Part shown: positions 20,501 through 40,315 of the stretch, piece after piece
How the letters are laid out: every line of letters starts with the position of its first letter
Numbering within the stretch: the first letter of the stretch is position 1
Origin: Spirogloea muscicola
Taxonomy: Eukaryota
Assembly: GCA_009602725.1 (NCBI GenBank)
Contig: WELB01000012.1
Location: forward strand, 610,958-652,070
Length of the DNA: 41,113 nt
Reading direction: 5' to 3'
The notes under the pieces: generated by a model
What the model was told of the DNA's origin: nothing
Seen by the model: only the letters and a program-made list of their open reading frames with translations
The model's database searches: none
Made by a program: the position numbers and the translations under genes

Positions 20501-21838
20501 GTGCTCACATGTTTCTTAAGGAGCTTGAAAGATCTGGATGTGATGGAGGACCAGCTGGCTGACTTCTGGCAGGTGCGCTCCAGTCAGGCGAGCCAGTGAG
20601 GAAGTCCATAGCATCGCCACTGCAAGCATAGCTCTGTGAGGCCATAGATCACACAGCAGCTACTTCACCAAGCTAGTCTCAAGGTACAGCCAACCTCCAA
20701 TAGTCAGATGTGCTTCTAAGCCCCTTCAGCTTGCAGCAAGGCCAGGCAGGGGCTTCTAGTCAACAACGAGCGTCATCTTGAGGTGGCAGACTTGTTGGCA
20801 GGCAATCATCTGGAAAGTAGGCAGGCCTCACAGCACCGCTGGGTGCCGCAAACGCAGACTGCCGCGGAGGCGCGAGCGCTGCAGAGCGAGCACCCCTCTC
20901 GATTGCTGAGATGATCTGCTTCGCCTTTGGCTGCAGCCTCTCCAGCTCCGTCACAACTTCCCTCAGCCTCTGCAGATCAAAGCAAGGCGCTCTCAGGGTG
21001 CTCACTGCTAAATATTGTGTCAACAGGATGATCTTTCCTCCATCAAACCATCATGCCTGAGTGCGGCTGCTCTACTGTCTTCAGTGAAGTACTCCTCTTC
21101 CATCACAAAGACATAAGCCTGGTGCGCGCCTGCATAACACTAGGTCAACCTCGCCAGCAACCTTTGCTGGCTGTTGTAAGGCCCTAACTTGCTGCACTGG
21201 GCAACCAGAACCAGATGACACATAGGTGTACGCAAATGGCACACACACACCTTCAAGAAGTCAGCTCGCTCGTGGGGGAAGGATGCATGGTACTCTCGGT
21301 GTGCCGGGATGGTCTCCATTATGAGGCTGCAAGCCATCAACGCATGCAATTAGCACTTGAGCCACTTTACAAGGTGTCTACCTGCCTGCCTGGCTGGTGG
21401 GCACAAGTGCTGCTAGGCCGTGCCTCTGCTGCGCAACATCCAAGGCTGTCCAAGGACGTCCACGGCTGTAGAGACACGCGGCTGCAGGTGGCGGCGACCG
21501 GGACGAGATAAGTAACGGCGCGCTAGCGGCCACGTGCACCTGGAGAAGCGCAGGAGGAGGACATAGAGCTCCAGGACATTGTCCTCTGCCCGATAGACGC
21601 TTGCCTGCGCAGAGCAGCCGCTCGGTCCCAGGCAGCATCAGTACCTGGCAGCGCTTCCCGGAGTTGGCCGCGACTGACAGTAAAGAGCAGCACAAGCCAG
21701 CCATGTCTTGCCAAAATTCTCCGCCGCGGCGAGGCTGACCTGCCGGAGGACGTTATCGGCGCTGCGGTAGTAGTACTTGATCGGCAGCCGGTTGTCCACC
21801 TCCAGCTTCCGCGTCTGCTCCTCCAGGAAGCCCCCCAT
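17527..21838 (-). CDS. AMSH3: AMSH-like deubiquitinase (N-terminal USP8-dimerisation/MIT-like domain + MPN/JAMM)
   Basis: Exons give MGGFLEEQTRKLEVDNRLPIKYYYRSADNVLRQ (21838-21740), ASVYRAEDNVLELYVLLLRFS (21604-21540), SLIMETIPAHREY (21326-21251), PREETLSRHS, VQYPSYID, SNTAKNLETCGVLAG, KKGTFYVTTLILPKQEATSDS, CQTVNEEEIFDVQ..LGWIH|THPSQSCFMSSIDLHTH (JAMM HxH..S..D), VMLPEAVAIVMAP and YGIFRLSEPGG..DLRQH*. Confidence 0.93.
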
Positions 21839-21934
21839 GGCGGCCGCCCGCGCGCGTGGCCCCCGTCGCACAACGCACATACGCTAAGCACAGTGCTGGC
21901 TTGGAAAGCTGTCGTCAGTGGAGGCTCAGCGTCG

Positions 21935-21985
21935 AGCCGCCGCAGCCGCCGCCGCCATCGCCGCCGCCGCCGCCGCCGCCGCCGA
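21935..21985. repeat. GCC microsatellite upstream of the AMSH start codon
   Basis: gccgccgcagccgccgccgccatcgccgccgccgccgccgccgccgccg, about 100 bp 5' of the ATG at 21838. Confidence 0.85.
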
Positions 21986-22368
21986 CTGCGAAGCGCAGCC
22001 GCTTTCGTGGCGCCGGCGGTGGCAGGCGCGGCGGCCTCGCTGCCGTGACGGGGTCGGGCGCTGGGGTGACAACCAGAGAGTACCGGAAGGGTGTGGGTGA
22101 GAAGAAATGCAGTTGCTTGCTTATGGAAAAGATGGCAGTACGAGCCAGCCAGGGGCATACACACGGTGTTCATCGTTATACTGGCCACTTATTCTATACT
22201 AGCGGAGCCACAGGCTAGGCAAACAGGGTGTGCTCTAATCGAGGAGGTAATTTGTGACGGGATTGTGGCGCAAGGCTCTCATAGATTGCCGGTTTCGCCC
22301 CTTGGCGTCTCACTTTAAGCCGGAAGAAGCTCGTACACCCGCAGACGAGCCTTGGGCTGCTGGCCTGG

Positions 22369-23024
22369 AAGAAGTGGCTCTCCCAATGGGGGCAAGGGAG
22401 CAAGGGCTGTGAGCAGCCTGCAGCAAGGCGAGCAGCCTGGCATCCATGTCGCCGGGTCCCTCGCCCAAGTTTACCGGATGCGCCTGGCCGTCTCTTTGCA
22501 GCGGTCCCTAGCTTTTGCGGTCCACTTGCGCGCAGGCCGCGCTCTGGCGGCGGCCTCCGGCTTCCGTCAGGGCGACGTCTTTCCGCCTGCTAGCTACTCA
22601 GACTTGCATCTACTGACGAGAGGTTACTGAGAGTTCGCTTACTGCTGTCTCAGTCCTTAGCACTCCGACTCCTTCAGACCTTGTCCATTCTTTTGGGCTG
22701 GCCTCTCCCAGCCACCAGTTAATCTGGCCGCGCTTGCTCTGTGAACAGAAGAAGTGGCTCTCCCAATGGGGGCAAGGGCTGTGAGAAGAAGTGGCTCTCC
22801 CAATGAGGGCAAGGGCTGTGAGAAGCCAGCCCGAAAAGAATAGACAAGTCAGCCGAATGTCGACATCAGCAGAAACGTCTCTTCCAAGGAATTTTGTGTA
22901 TTTGAAACAAACGAAGGCCAAATGGCCAAGTACAAAGGCAAGCACATCTTAAGACCTACATAACCTACAGTAGATTGACCCGCCCAGAAACCACGGGTCA
23001 AAACATAAAGGTCGCTAGCCGATT
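22369..23024. mobile_element. Nest of CRE-like fragments: B(-) / C(+, 22417-22738) / B(-) x2 / F(-, 22890-23024)
   Basis: The C copy reads LQQGEQPGIHVAGSLAQVYRMRLAVSLQRSLAFAVHLRAGRALAAASG..SDLHLLTRGY* (22630) and is flanked by ctgtgagcag / ctgtgaacag. The F copy is flanked by the perfect 12-bp TSD tctcttccaagg (22878-22889 / 23025-23036). Confidence 0.9.
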
Positions 23025-24072
23025 TCTCTTCCAAGGGGAGTGAGATCTGCAACGGGGCCAGCCCAGCCCACATTATCCAAAACCAAAGACGGTGCCAAAA
23101 AGGTCGGAAGTAGCTGTACAAGGCCAGCCGACTAGAACGGACAAGGGCTATGGAGGAAAGGCCCCATACTGGAGCTCATAACACTGGGCAGGAACAAGTG
23201 GCTGCTATGAATGAAGAGGACATGGATAGCCATACAGTAACCCCATAGCAACTGCTGTCTCCATTTCTATTTGCTTGCTCAGGCCAAGCATGCGAGCATT
23301 GAAATTTCTAGACTCAGTAATGCCCAGTCAGCAGCCAAGGGTCCAAAGTCTGGGAGCAGGAGAGACCACAGCAGCAGAGGTTGCAAAGGCTGGCCAAGAA
23401 AGTGTCCGAAAGCCGTGACTTGCAAGCTGTGGCGAGCTCTCCCTACCTTTTTGCAGGGCCTGATATGGGCCCTGAATGTCCTGGGAGGACCAATCCTTTG
23501 CCTCCCGTGTCCAGGTTCTCGTTGTGTGTACACAACATGAATCAGCTCTGTTTCTTCGCCCTGCCACCAGTGCCAATGAACACGAAGTAGAGCTCGCTTC
23601 ACTTTGCACTTGATTGGCGTTGTCTTCCCACTCCATCGCGCAGCACAGCCCTCGTCTGGGAGAAATGCCAAGGCCTGGGAAAGTAGGGGCTTTAGAGCAT
23701 TAAAAAAAAATTTGGCCCGGGGACTGAGACCTTCCGAGATGTGGCACACTTGCTGCTTATGTACCTACTTAGCCGCCCATTCCCTCTGGCGCAAGCCAGG
23801 GATGCGTCGGGCGGCAGGATAAGCAAGTGCTAACAAATGGGTGCGAGCTGTCTGGCAGCCTCTCAGCCTTATGGCATGTCCTTGTGGCTGCTGCATAGCT
23901 GCCTGATGGCAATGCATCAATGTTGCAAGCTGTTGAGCAACGGTGCTGGACACTGTTCATCTAGAGGAGGATGAGGAGGCAGCCTTTGCTATCACTTGCC
24001 CGCTTGTGCGCGATCGACAGAAGTATTTGGCTGCAGAGTTGATACAGTTGGTCTACTAAGAATGACATGGGA

Positions 24073-26690
24073 CTAATATCTTGACAGTAGGTGGAAGTTG
24101 TCATCGTCCAGAACTTGGACAGACTTTGCACCGACGAAGTGCTCCAGCCCAAGCTCCTCTACAATATTCTTAAACTCAACCCGCTTGTCCAGGCTCAGCG
24201 GCACATATGGAAGCCGAAAGACAGGCCTAATGAGACCCAACTGCGCCAGCGCAGTGTTCAGCCCAATGGGATTTGGCTCAACAAACAACCAGCTTATCAA
24301 AGGTGCCAACTGCTGCGCAAGGTCGTCATCGCATCCTTCCATCAGTTTACGCATCAGCTTGGGCACAAGCGTGCTGGCCACAGAGATAACACCCTGCGCT
24401 CCTGCTTGCCACCGTGCTTCATGGCACTGATCATCATTCCCGCTCCACACTGTCATGCCCTTGCCAGTGTACCCCGCAATTCTCTGTGCAGACAAACACA
24501 AGAGCACGTTTGACTTCAGCACAAGCAATGTCACTTCTCTCTAGCGCACAACATTCTCTAACCTCACTCAGAGAGCATGCGCTCTTCCTCGAGGCACCAG
24601 TGCAAAGTAAAACGCGTGAATACAGCCCTCACCTTGTTGCCCATGCACTCTTTGACGCCTATGAAATTAGGATTACTGATGAGCTGCTCCATGACAGCTG
24701 GCGGAATATCCTGCCCTGTCCGGGCAGGAACATTGTAGATGATGCCTGGTCCAATAGAGAGAACAGACCTAGCACCAGAGACAGACTGCTGTAAGTATGT
24801 CACCTTTCTTAGCTTTGACTGCATGCAAGTTCCTACTAGGTGCCAAACTGCGCCACTTCTGAGGATTTAATGACAGAGACATAAATAAATGCCTTACTGA
24901 TGACGTTCAGCCACCACACTGGGAATCAAGCCCCTAAGCCTAGCCCTAAATCAACACCGCCCTGAACACATTGGGTGCAGAAGCCTTCAAGAAGCAACCC
25001 TTAACGAAGCAACCCTAATCAGAAAATGACAGGGTAAAGTTGGGCAGTGACATTTGGTACAGACTTCCACTAATAGTTGTTCTTGAAGAATCATCAGCCG
25101 GCTGGACTGCGCCAAGAAAGCACCAGAGATAAGCATCTTCAGACCCATATTTCACCTGAAATGAGTGGCAAGGCCTTCCATAGACGTCTTCCCATAATAA
25201 GGATTGATCTGGAGGGCAGCATGCATTCCCACTGCGAAGCCCTGCTCTGTTGCGTGCACCGCCTCAGACGTGCTGTTGCTGCCGGTGTTGCCAATGACCT
25301 TCCAGAATGCAAGCATCAATGGAAGATGTTAACAAGAGAGACAGAAATAGCTCTTCCAATGCAAGGCAATGGCTGTGAGAGGCCAGCCCAAAGGAATGTA
25401 AAAGGTCTGAAAGGGCCAGAAGGCGCAAAACAAGAGAGGAGTAGATTGTGCCGCAGTCCTTCACTTACAAGGGTGCTGCAACAAGAGCTACAGTGTGGCT
25501 TGCCTCACATTTAGCCCACATGCATCCACAGTGCCTACACGTATGGCTGCTGTGAGGCGTTGGCAAGAGCAGGCCCCTTGCTTGACTGGTAATCAGCAGC
25601 TTTATAAAATCTTACCTTGATGCGATCTCCAAAGCATACGACCGTGTGGGCAATGAGCATGATGTGTTCATCCCAGTTCATCAAGTGTCCCTCGCCTGTT
25701 GTTCCACCGACAATAAGACCCTCTGCCCCGCTTTCTATCTGCCAAAACCCAGCCTCAACGTGCAATTAGAGATGACAGCTGTTGCCTTTACTATATACAG
25801 GCTTCTATCCATGACAGGCGTGAGGCAAGTTTCGGCATAGCCGAGTCCCACACAACCAAACAGGTCAGCTGACCTGGCTGTTGACAAGTCTGTCATAGGC
25901 TTGCAGGTCGAACTTGCCAGACTCGGGCAGGTACGGCGTCTTGATGGCTGTGATCAGACGGAGGCTCTGAACGGCCTCCACAGGCGTGCTGCATCAACAG
26001 CAGGACCAGCGGGCAGAGCCCGAGGTGTAAATAAGTCGGGGAAACAAAAGGGGCGGCATCAAATCTGCTGATGAGCAGCTGGCTCCAGCCTTGTTGGTGC
26101 AGATTGCGTCATCCGCCACGCCGGGATTTTGGCTACGTCCCAACATCAACTTCGCACAAAGCAGAAGGAGGGCCTTCCAGACGACGCCTGATCACTAGCT
26201 GGCACAAATTCTCTGTGTCTGACGTGAAGTCCAGGCTTTCTGGCCTTCGTCATAAGAGGGGCTCAACCGCGCGAGTTAAACGTGCAACTGCCAGGAACCC
26301 CGTTCATTAAGCAAGCAGGAGTGCCCTGGCCGGCATATGAGGGGTCAAAGAGCTCCAGTGGGAAGCCCAAGGGAAGCACGTCTGACGCCCAAGCGCCTCA
26401 CTTCGCCTCGCAGGACGTTCATGCTGGCGCGACGCGCAGCCGGCTCAGCTCTCACGCCAGCTTCAGCGGGTCCCAGGCGCGGACTCAGTACGTTCAGCTA
26501 TGGGAGAGGGTCTCTCGTTCGCGCACCTGGTCTTCACTTCGTCGCTCCGCATCGGCAGCGGCGCCGCCTGCATCAGCGCCGCGCGCGGCGGCGCCGTGCC
26601 GCCCTGCCGCCACCGCCGTCGCCGGCTCGGCACTGTCGCCGAGGTCGCGGCCGAGAGGCCCCCCCCGGCGCCCAGCTCGAGGGCCGCCAT
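24073..26690 (-). CDS. dapA: 4-hydroxy-tetrahydrodipicolinate synthase (DHDPS), plastid-targeted
   Basis: Exons 26690-26527, 25988-25874, 25738-25616, 25298-25156, 24768-24633, 24483-24073. Transit peptide then [58 protein letters not shown] (Schiff-base Lys) and WSGNDD. Confidence 0.96.
25341..25428 (-). mobile_element. 88-bp CRE-like 3'-UTR insertion (subfamily D) in DHDPS intron 3
   Basis: Shared UTR motif and stem-loop; perfect 10-bp TSD aacaagagag (25331-25340 / 25429-25438). Confidence 0.9.
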
Positions 26691-26789
26691 GGCGCCTGCA
26701 GGACGCTTTACGGCGACCACACGGCGGCGGTGGCGGCGGCTGGGGCCCCCCGCGGGTTTTGGAAATTTTCGAATGGCCTTTCGCTAACG

Positions 26790-27000
26790 TAGCCACTGTT
26801 TATTTGCCGTCTGGTATTGGGGCATGAGTTAGCGACCTCTACGTGCTGGCTCGTCGTTACTGAGCGGGTCAGCTTAGCGCAGGTACTGTACAGCTGACGA
26901 AGTGCCTAGCCTTCGTTACTGGGCTGGCCAATCACAGCCATCGCCCTCTCCTAGAAGATACTTTTTTCTTGTACTTGGCCATTCAGGCCCTCCATCATTC
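26790..27000 (+). mobile_element. Degenerate F-like CRE C-terminus and UTR about 100 bp upstream of the DHDPS ATG
   Basis: Reads YLPSGIGA*VSDLYVLARRY*, followed by gcgggtca, gggctggccaatcacagcc and ttgtacttggccatt as in 13560-13780. Confidence 0.75.
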
Positions 27001-27103
27001 CACACGCTCCAATTCCTACTGCAGCGGACTGGGCTACCCGAAAATCAGTAGTCAGCTGTTGACGGAGTCTGCTGCATCGGCCTACACTGTTGGCGCCCTT
27101 CTG

Positions 27104-27194
27104 CTGTCTCAGTCCTTAGCACTCCGACTCCTTCAGACCTTGTCCATTCTTTTGGGCTGGCCTCTCCCAGCCACCAGTTAATCTGGCCGCGCTT
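27104..27194 (+). mobile_element. Subfamily-C 3'-UTR insertion
   Basis: Essentially identical to 22645-22735; 9-bp TSD gcccttctg (27095-27103 / 27195-27203). Confidence 0.9.
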
Positions 27195-27635
27195 GCCCTT
27201 CTGAGCTACAACTGTCCACGACCTTCCTGTGCCATAAACAGCCATTGCTCCAAAATGGAGCACACAACTTTCTCTTGCGAAGAGGATGGAATTGTGTAGC
27301 AGCTACATGTCTATCACTCAAGTAGCTATTGATACTCCAACATACAACAAAGCCCACCTCACTTCTCGGCCGTTCCTCAAGGCTGCTCAACCAGAGTCAC
27401 AGTCCTGGAGCAGCTACGTCCATGTCGCTCTGAGTGCACCTCCATCAGGGTTTGTGGTGCTACTTGACTAGTTATACATAGCCCATAATTACCTTGTCAC
27501 AAAGTAGACGCATGCTTTACATGGCAAAGTCATGGGAGGTTCCTCAGACAACGGACCAATTGTACAGTGGGCAGGCTGGCCAGAGCCCATGCAGAAGGCA
27601 CATCTGAGTTGGTGGGCGACTGCGCAAGGAGGTTT

Positions 27636-27663
27636 ACTCGCGACATATATATATGTCGCGAGT
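27636..27663. repeat. Perfect 28-bp palindrome
   Basis: actcgcgacatata|tatatgtcgcgagt. Confidence 0.95.
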
Positions 27664-28191
27664 GGATTCAATGACACAGAGGGGCTTTTATTCACGCAAT
27701 TTAGGAGGACCGGTCCGAGTCAATCGGCTGGGAAGTGTTGGTAAAGCGAGGTGCACGACTGAATGCACTGGTGAGCCCAAGAAGCAACCCTCACTGGAGC
27801 CCCATGACTGTGCGGATCTCTCTGCGGACAAGGCCCCATATGTCGCTAACAAGGGTCAATCTCTATATTATGCTACCTCCTCCTTTCTATCATGACTTTT
27901 CTCAAGTTTCAAATCTCACCAGCCAAGCTGCTGTGGGCCAAGCCCCAACCGCCATTAGCAGGCCACCTTGCACGACTTTTAGGCCATTCAGCATTTTGCC
28001 CGAGAAATGCGATTGGATGAAAAATTCAGGCAATGCCTTCTTGAGCTTGTGCCATACAAAAAGAATAACTTCCTCCAGGGCCATTTGACCATCTCTCCTC
28101 ACACAAAATCATCAACAACAGATTAAACAGGCCTGGCAGGTGTTTTTGAGCTTGTATCTTGCAATAAGGTGAAGGTGGAAGTCGCAATATG

Positions 28192-30590
28192 TTCTGTCAC
28201 AAAACAGGGCACAGTGAGGCAAACAGTAAGATATAGCTGCCACAGCACATCTAACAGGAACATTGTTAGGAGCTACAGAATCAAGCTTACATATTTTGTT
28301 GAAGGCCACAATGTCGCAGCTCTGGATGTACTCGGCAGCCTCGCCCTGGGTCAGTTTGTCTTCAATAAGCTCGTCAATAGACACAAGGTCGTCGACAATG
28401 GTCATCATGATGGTGAGCTTCTTAATACCATACCCAACAGCCACAAGCTTAGCTGCAACATCAAACACAGGAGGACGAGTGCAAGAGTCAAGAACCATCA
28501 GGGTTGCAGAAGTCAGACTAAGTGACAGTCAATGAGTATGTTACAGCATTTCTAGGGCAGATACAAGCAGGATCTCATGGAAGCCTTGTATGCTTGTGGA
28601 TAAATTTCCCCGCTCAGTGGCGGAACATTGCTGTGAACGCCTGGAGGTCTACAGATAGATGTATAGAGAGGCAATCTGCACTCGGATGAAGGTAGGATGC
28701 CCACATGATCCCCAAGTGAGGCCCTCCATATGAATGCTGCGAACTAGCTCCTCCAGCTTGACCATATCAGTTTCGTCGTCCCAAGGCTTTACATCCAGCA
28801 AGACGGAAGACTTGCCACCTGCACAATTTGAACAAGGCCTCACCACATGCTCTGTCTGGCAATGTTGTTCCCTCTTGTCAAACCACTACCTTCGTGGCGT
28901 CACTGACAAACCATGTGCTGCGAGGCACGTCCTGAAGCCAACTCCTATGATCTCGACAACACAACGCGCATCTGCTTCAAAGCTGCAATGACTAGCTGTA
29001 CTAGTGGAAATACCAGCTCTTTGACCATGGCATAACCACATCTGTGCTCCTCAAATTACCAATTATGCAAGCATTCTACAGCAACTCATCAATTTGACTA
29101 CTTACTCTCCTTCTTCTTTGTGGACTTTCCAGCAGCAGCTTCGCGCTCAGCCTTGGCTTTCTTCTCCTCCTCGGTCTCCTCTCCAAACAGGTCCATGTCA
29201 TCATCATCGTCGTCCTAGCAACAGGTTGCAAAAGAAAGGTTGGCAAACACGAATGATTGCTCCTGCAATACCTGAGCAGCCCACTGCGGGGACCATTGCG
29301 TTTGCGAAAAGCCAGGGAGTAAGCAAGCCTCCAATGAGCCTTGCTTTGAAGGGCGTGCAGGTAGTCATATCTGCTGCTTCGGACCTCTGAGCGTAACAAA
29401 TAACAGGCCTCTTGTAGGTCACCGCCAATAGGAGCTCACATCAGCAGCCGGAGGAGGAGTTGCTGGCGCAACTGCTACGACGCCAGCTAATGTTGCAGCT
29501 GCAACCCCTGCTGCCTCATCAGCAGCGACAGGAGGTAGTCCTCCCTTTGGCGCCGCCTGAGTCTCCGCGTCGTTGCCACCAAGGTCAACACCTACCCCTT
29601 GACCAGGGAAGCTGCGCAGATAGGCAGCCGGAAGTTGAAGTGGGGCACCTGGCTAGTGCTGCGGCAAGCTAGTCGTAATCATCCAAGTGAAGGAGGAACA
29701 ACGTGAGCCAATAAACGTGACAAAGCAGACGCTCATTGGGAAAACATTGGCGAACCAAAACCATTTCTGCCTTGAGACGCGTGAGACACAGTACATGCAA
29801 GCCCTGCTTCTCAAGAAGATCAACTCTTACAGGAATCTGATGTTCTGTGCAGCAGGCTTGTCTGACTTGTACGTGATAAACGCAGCTTAACATCACTGAC
29901 GTGAGCATAAAATGAAATAGCTCAGTTTTGCTATTTGTCGTTGTATTTCAAATGTACGCCTCAAGTGACTATGGCAAGGCAGGCAGCTTCGCCCCTACGT
30001 GGACCTTCACCTGGAGCCCAGCAGCGCGCTGATGTGCTTGTGCCACCGTGCCGCATTGACGTACTCGCTTGCCACGCCCTTGAGCACGCTGTACACCGCG
30101 AGGTCGTCTCTGGAGGCCTGGTACCTGTGCACAGCCCGGCTGGACTTGGTCAGGCCTGCCACTACTCCTCATATGCACAACATTGGCGAGGTCCACGCAG
30201 TCGGCCTCAGGCCAGTACTCAGTGACGTCGAGATCAATTAACATCGTCAAGTCAAGGTAAGCGATGAGCCGAGGCAGCGCCGTCTTGCGATCGACCACTG
30301 CAGTAGCCTGTGAAGAGGGCCAGCAGCTGTGATATAGCACCCAAGGCCCAATGTAAGACGAAGTGAGCAAGTCCTCCCATCTCATGGAGACGCGGGGTCG
30401 CGACGACGAGCTGCGGCGCAGCCCTGCGGCGTGCGCGGGGCGGCGGAGCGGGTGGCCATGACGGGGGGGTTGGAAGGCAGCGGCCTCACCCGGTGATGTA
30501 GCTGCGCGTGAGCAGGTACTCGTCCAGCGCCTTGAGGCCTTCGGGAGACGAGAGGTTGCGGAAGGACGGCGTCGCCGCAGCGGCGGCCAT
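28192..30590 (-). CDS. EEF1B: Translation elongation factor 1-beta/delta (eEF1B guanine-nucleotide exchange subunit)
   Basis: Exons 30590-30490, 30124-30011, 29611-29440, 29214-29106, 28818-28705, 28452-28291, 28193-28192 (split TAA). Motifs [66 protein letters not shown] and [11 protein letters not shown]. Confidence 0.96.
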
Positions 30591-31371
30591 GGCGGCGGCG
30601 ACGGCGGCGGCTGCGGCGGCGGCGTGCGAGCGGCGGCGGCGGTGGGGGAGTGGGGTCTGGGGTTGGCTGCCCTGACCTGGCAGAGTGAGGCGGATCCGGG
30701 GAGGAAATACCTCCCCGACGTTAAGGAAAGCCCGAGCATTTCCTTGACGGAGCCCGTCCCCACTGGCTGCCAGCCCTTTACCCCGTTTTTGTTTGCACCC
30801 TTTTTGGCGCCAAGCGGATCCAAAACGCCGTGGAGCGGGGCGAGCCTGTTGCGCGGCACCATCCGAGGCGGCGTTAGCCAGACCGATTTCCATTAATCTC
30901 GCACCAGCGATCGGCAGCCCCCGTGCGCGCCGTTCGGGACGGCCGGCCTGAGCGGAGCCCCCCGGGCCAGAAAGTGGAGGTTCTACACCGCTCACCGTGG
31001 CGGTTATCGGAGCCTGGAGGCGGAGCGCCGGGGAGAGGGGCGCGGTAATGGAGTGTGGGCTGTTGCGGCGAGGGAAGGCGGCTCCCATCTGAAATCCATC
31101 TAATTTGTTAGTGTAGGTTGGCCTTCGCCGTCTGCGCCTCCCGCCGCCGCAGCGGGCAGGCCATCCCGGGCGCGGCGGCGCCGGTTGCGGAGCCGGCGGC
31201 GGCGGCGGTCCTGCAGGAGGCGCGACGCGGCCGCCTGCCGAAAGCTGTGACAGCCACCGCCAGGAGATTGACATTCGCGCGTGAAGCCGGCTTCGCTTTT
31301 GACGACTCTGCCTATCACAACGGCCACCGCGAGCTGTCGTGGCGCGGGGAGAGGTCTTGCCACCCGCCTCC
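30591..31371. promoter_or_regulatory. Probable bidirectional promoter and 5' UTRs between EF-1 beta and ISWI
   Basis: Divergent ATGs 781 bp apart; CpG/GC-rich, no recognisable TE fragment, GCC tracts at both ends. Confidence 0.6.
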
Positions 31372-39413
<8,042 letters not shown>

Positions 39414-39859
39414 CTGCTGTTGGAGCTGCTAGGTCAACCTCTTCTTGTAAGCTGCTAGATAGCTTGTAGATTACGCGGCTGGCTGATGGACGCCAACAAC
39501 TATCAGCGAGCAGGCGATTGGAGAGATTCCCTCGCTTTGGGAAGACACTGAAAATTGCAACATTCAGCCCCCCCAGAAGGTGCTGTGCCCAGCCAACGTA
39601 GGCAGGCTTACAGTGTGAAAGTCAGTCTTGCACGGTACAGCTGTGCATCTGTGGCCTGGAATTCCCTGGCACGACAAAGCAGGCCAGACAGGGCGCCCTG
39701 ACTTGGGCAGTTGGCCAGGAGCTCTTGGGGCCCTGCGAGATGGGGCCCTGCTCGGTCAGCTGATGGAGGGCCACCTTCCTCCTGCTGAGTAGGGGTTACT
39801 GAACGGTCATCCTTCGTCACCGATCGGTCCTCTGCGTCATATATGCCATCTGACAAATC

Positions 39860-40030
39860 TGGACCTTCTCATTCTTTGGGCCGGCCCTTTACAGCCCTTG
39901 CCCCGTTTAACAAGCTGCGTCCTCCTTACTGGCAGCTCGTTTCTTTTTGTGCTGGCCTTTCACAACCCTCGCGCCCTTGATGAGCTGCTTATTCTCACAG
40001 CCACCGACTCTGTTTGGTAAAGCGCCAATC
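39860..40030 (+). mobile_element. Degenerate CRE-like 3'-UTR fragments
   Basis: ttctttgggccggccctttacagcccttgcccc; gtgctggcctttcacaaccc; ttctcacagccacc. Confidence 0.6.
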
Positions 40031-40264
40031 TCATGTGTAGGTGGAAGCTTTTGGGCTTTGGGCAGTCGAACTGTCAGATTGCCCACTCTCCTGAGAAGAA
40101 GGGAGGTGCACGCTGCAGATAAGAAATTTGGGAGGCCAAATCAAGCCAATGCACTGTTCAGGCAAAATTCAGTGTGCAAAGAGTGGGGCTCGCCAGGCCA
40201 CTGGCTTCTGTGGTGATGCGCCAGCTCCCCAAGTCAGCCTGTCAGATCTGCATGTACTCACTCT

Positions 40265-40315
40265 GGGTTTAGGGTTTAGGTTTAGGATTTAGGGTTTAAG
40301 AATTTAGGGTTTAGG
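40265..40315 (+). repeat. Interstitial telomeric repeat, about 7 imperfect TTTAGGG units, fused to a retrotransposon 5' junction
   Basis: gggtttagggtttaggtttaggatttagggtttaagaatttagggtttagg. Confidence 0.9.
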
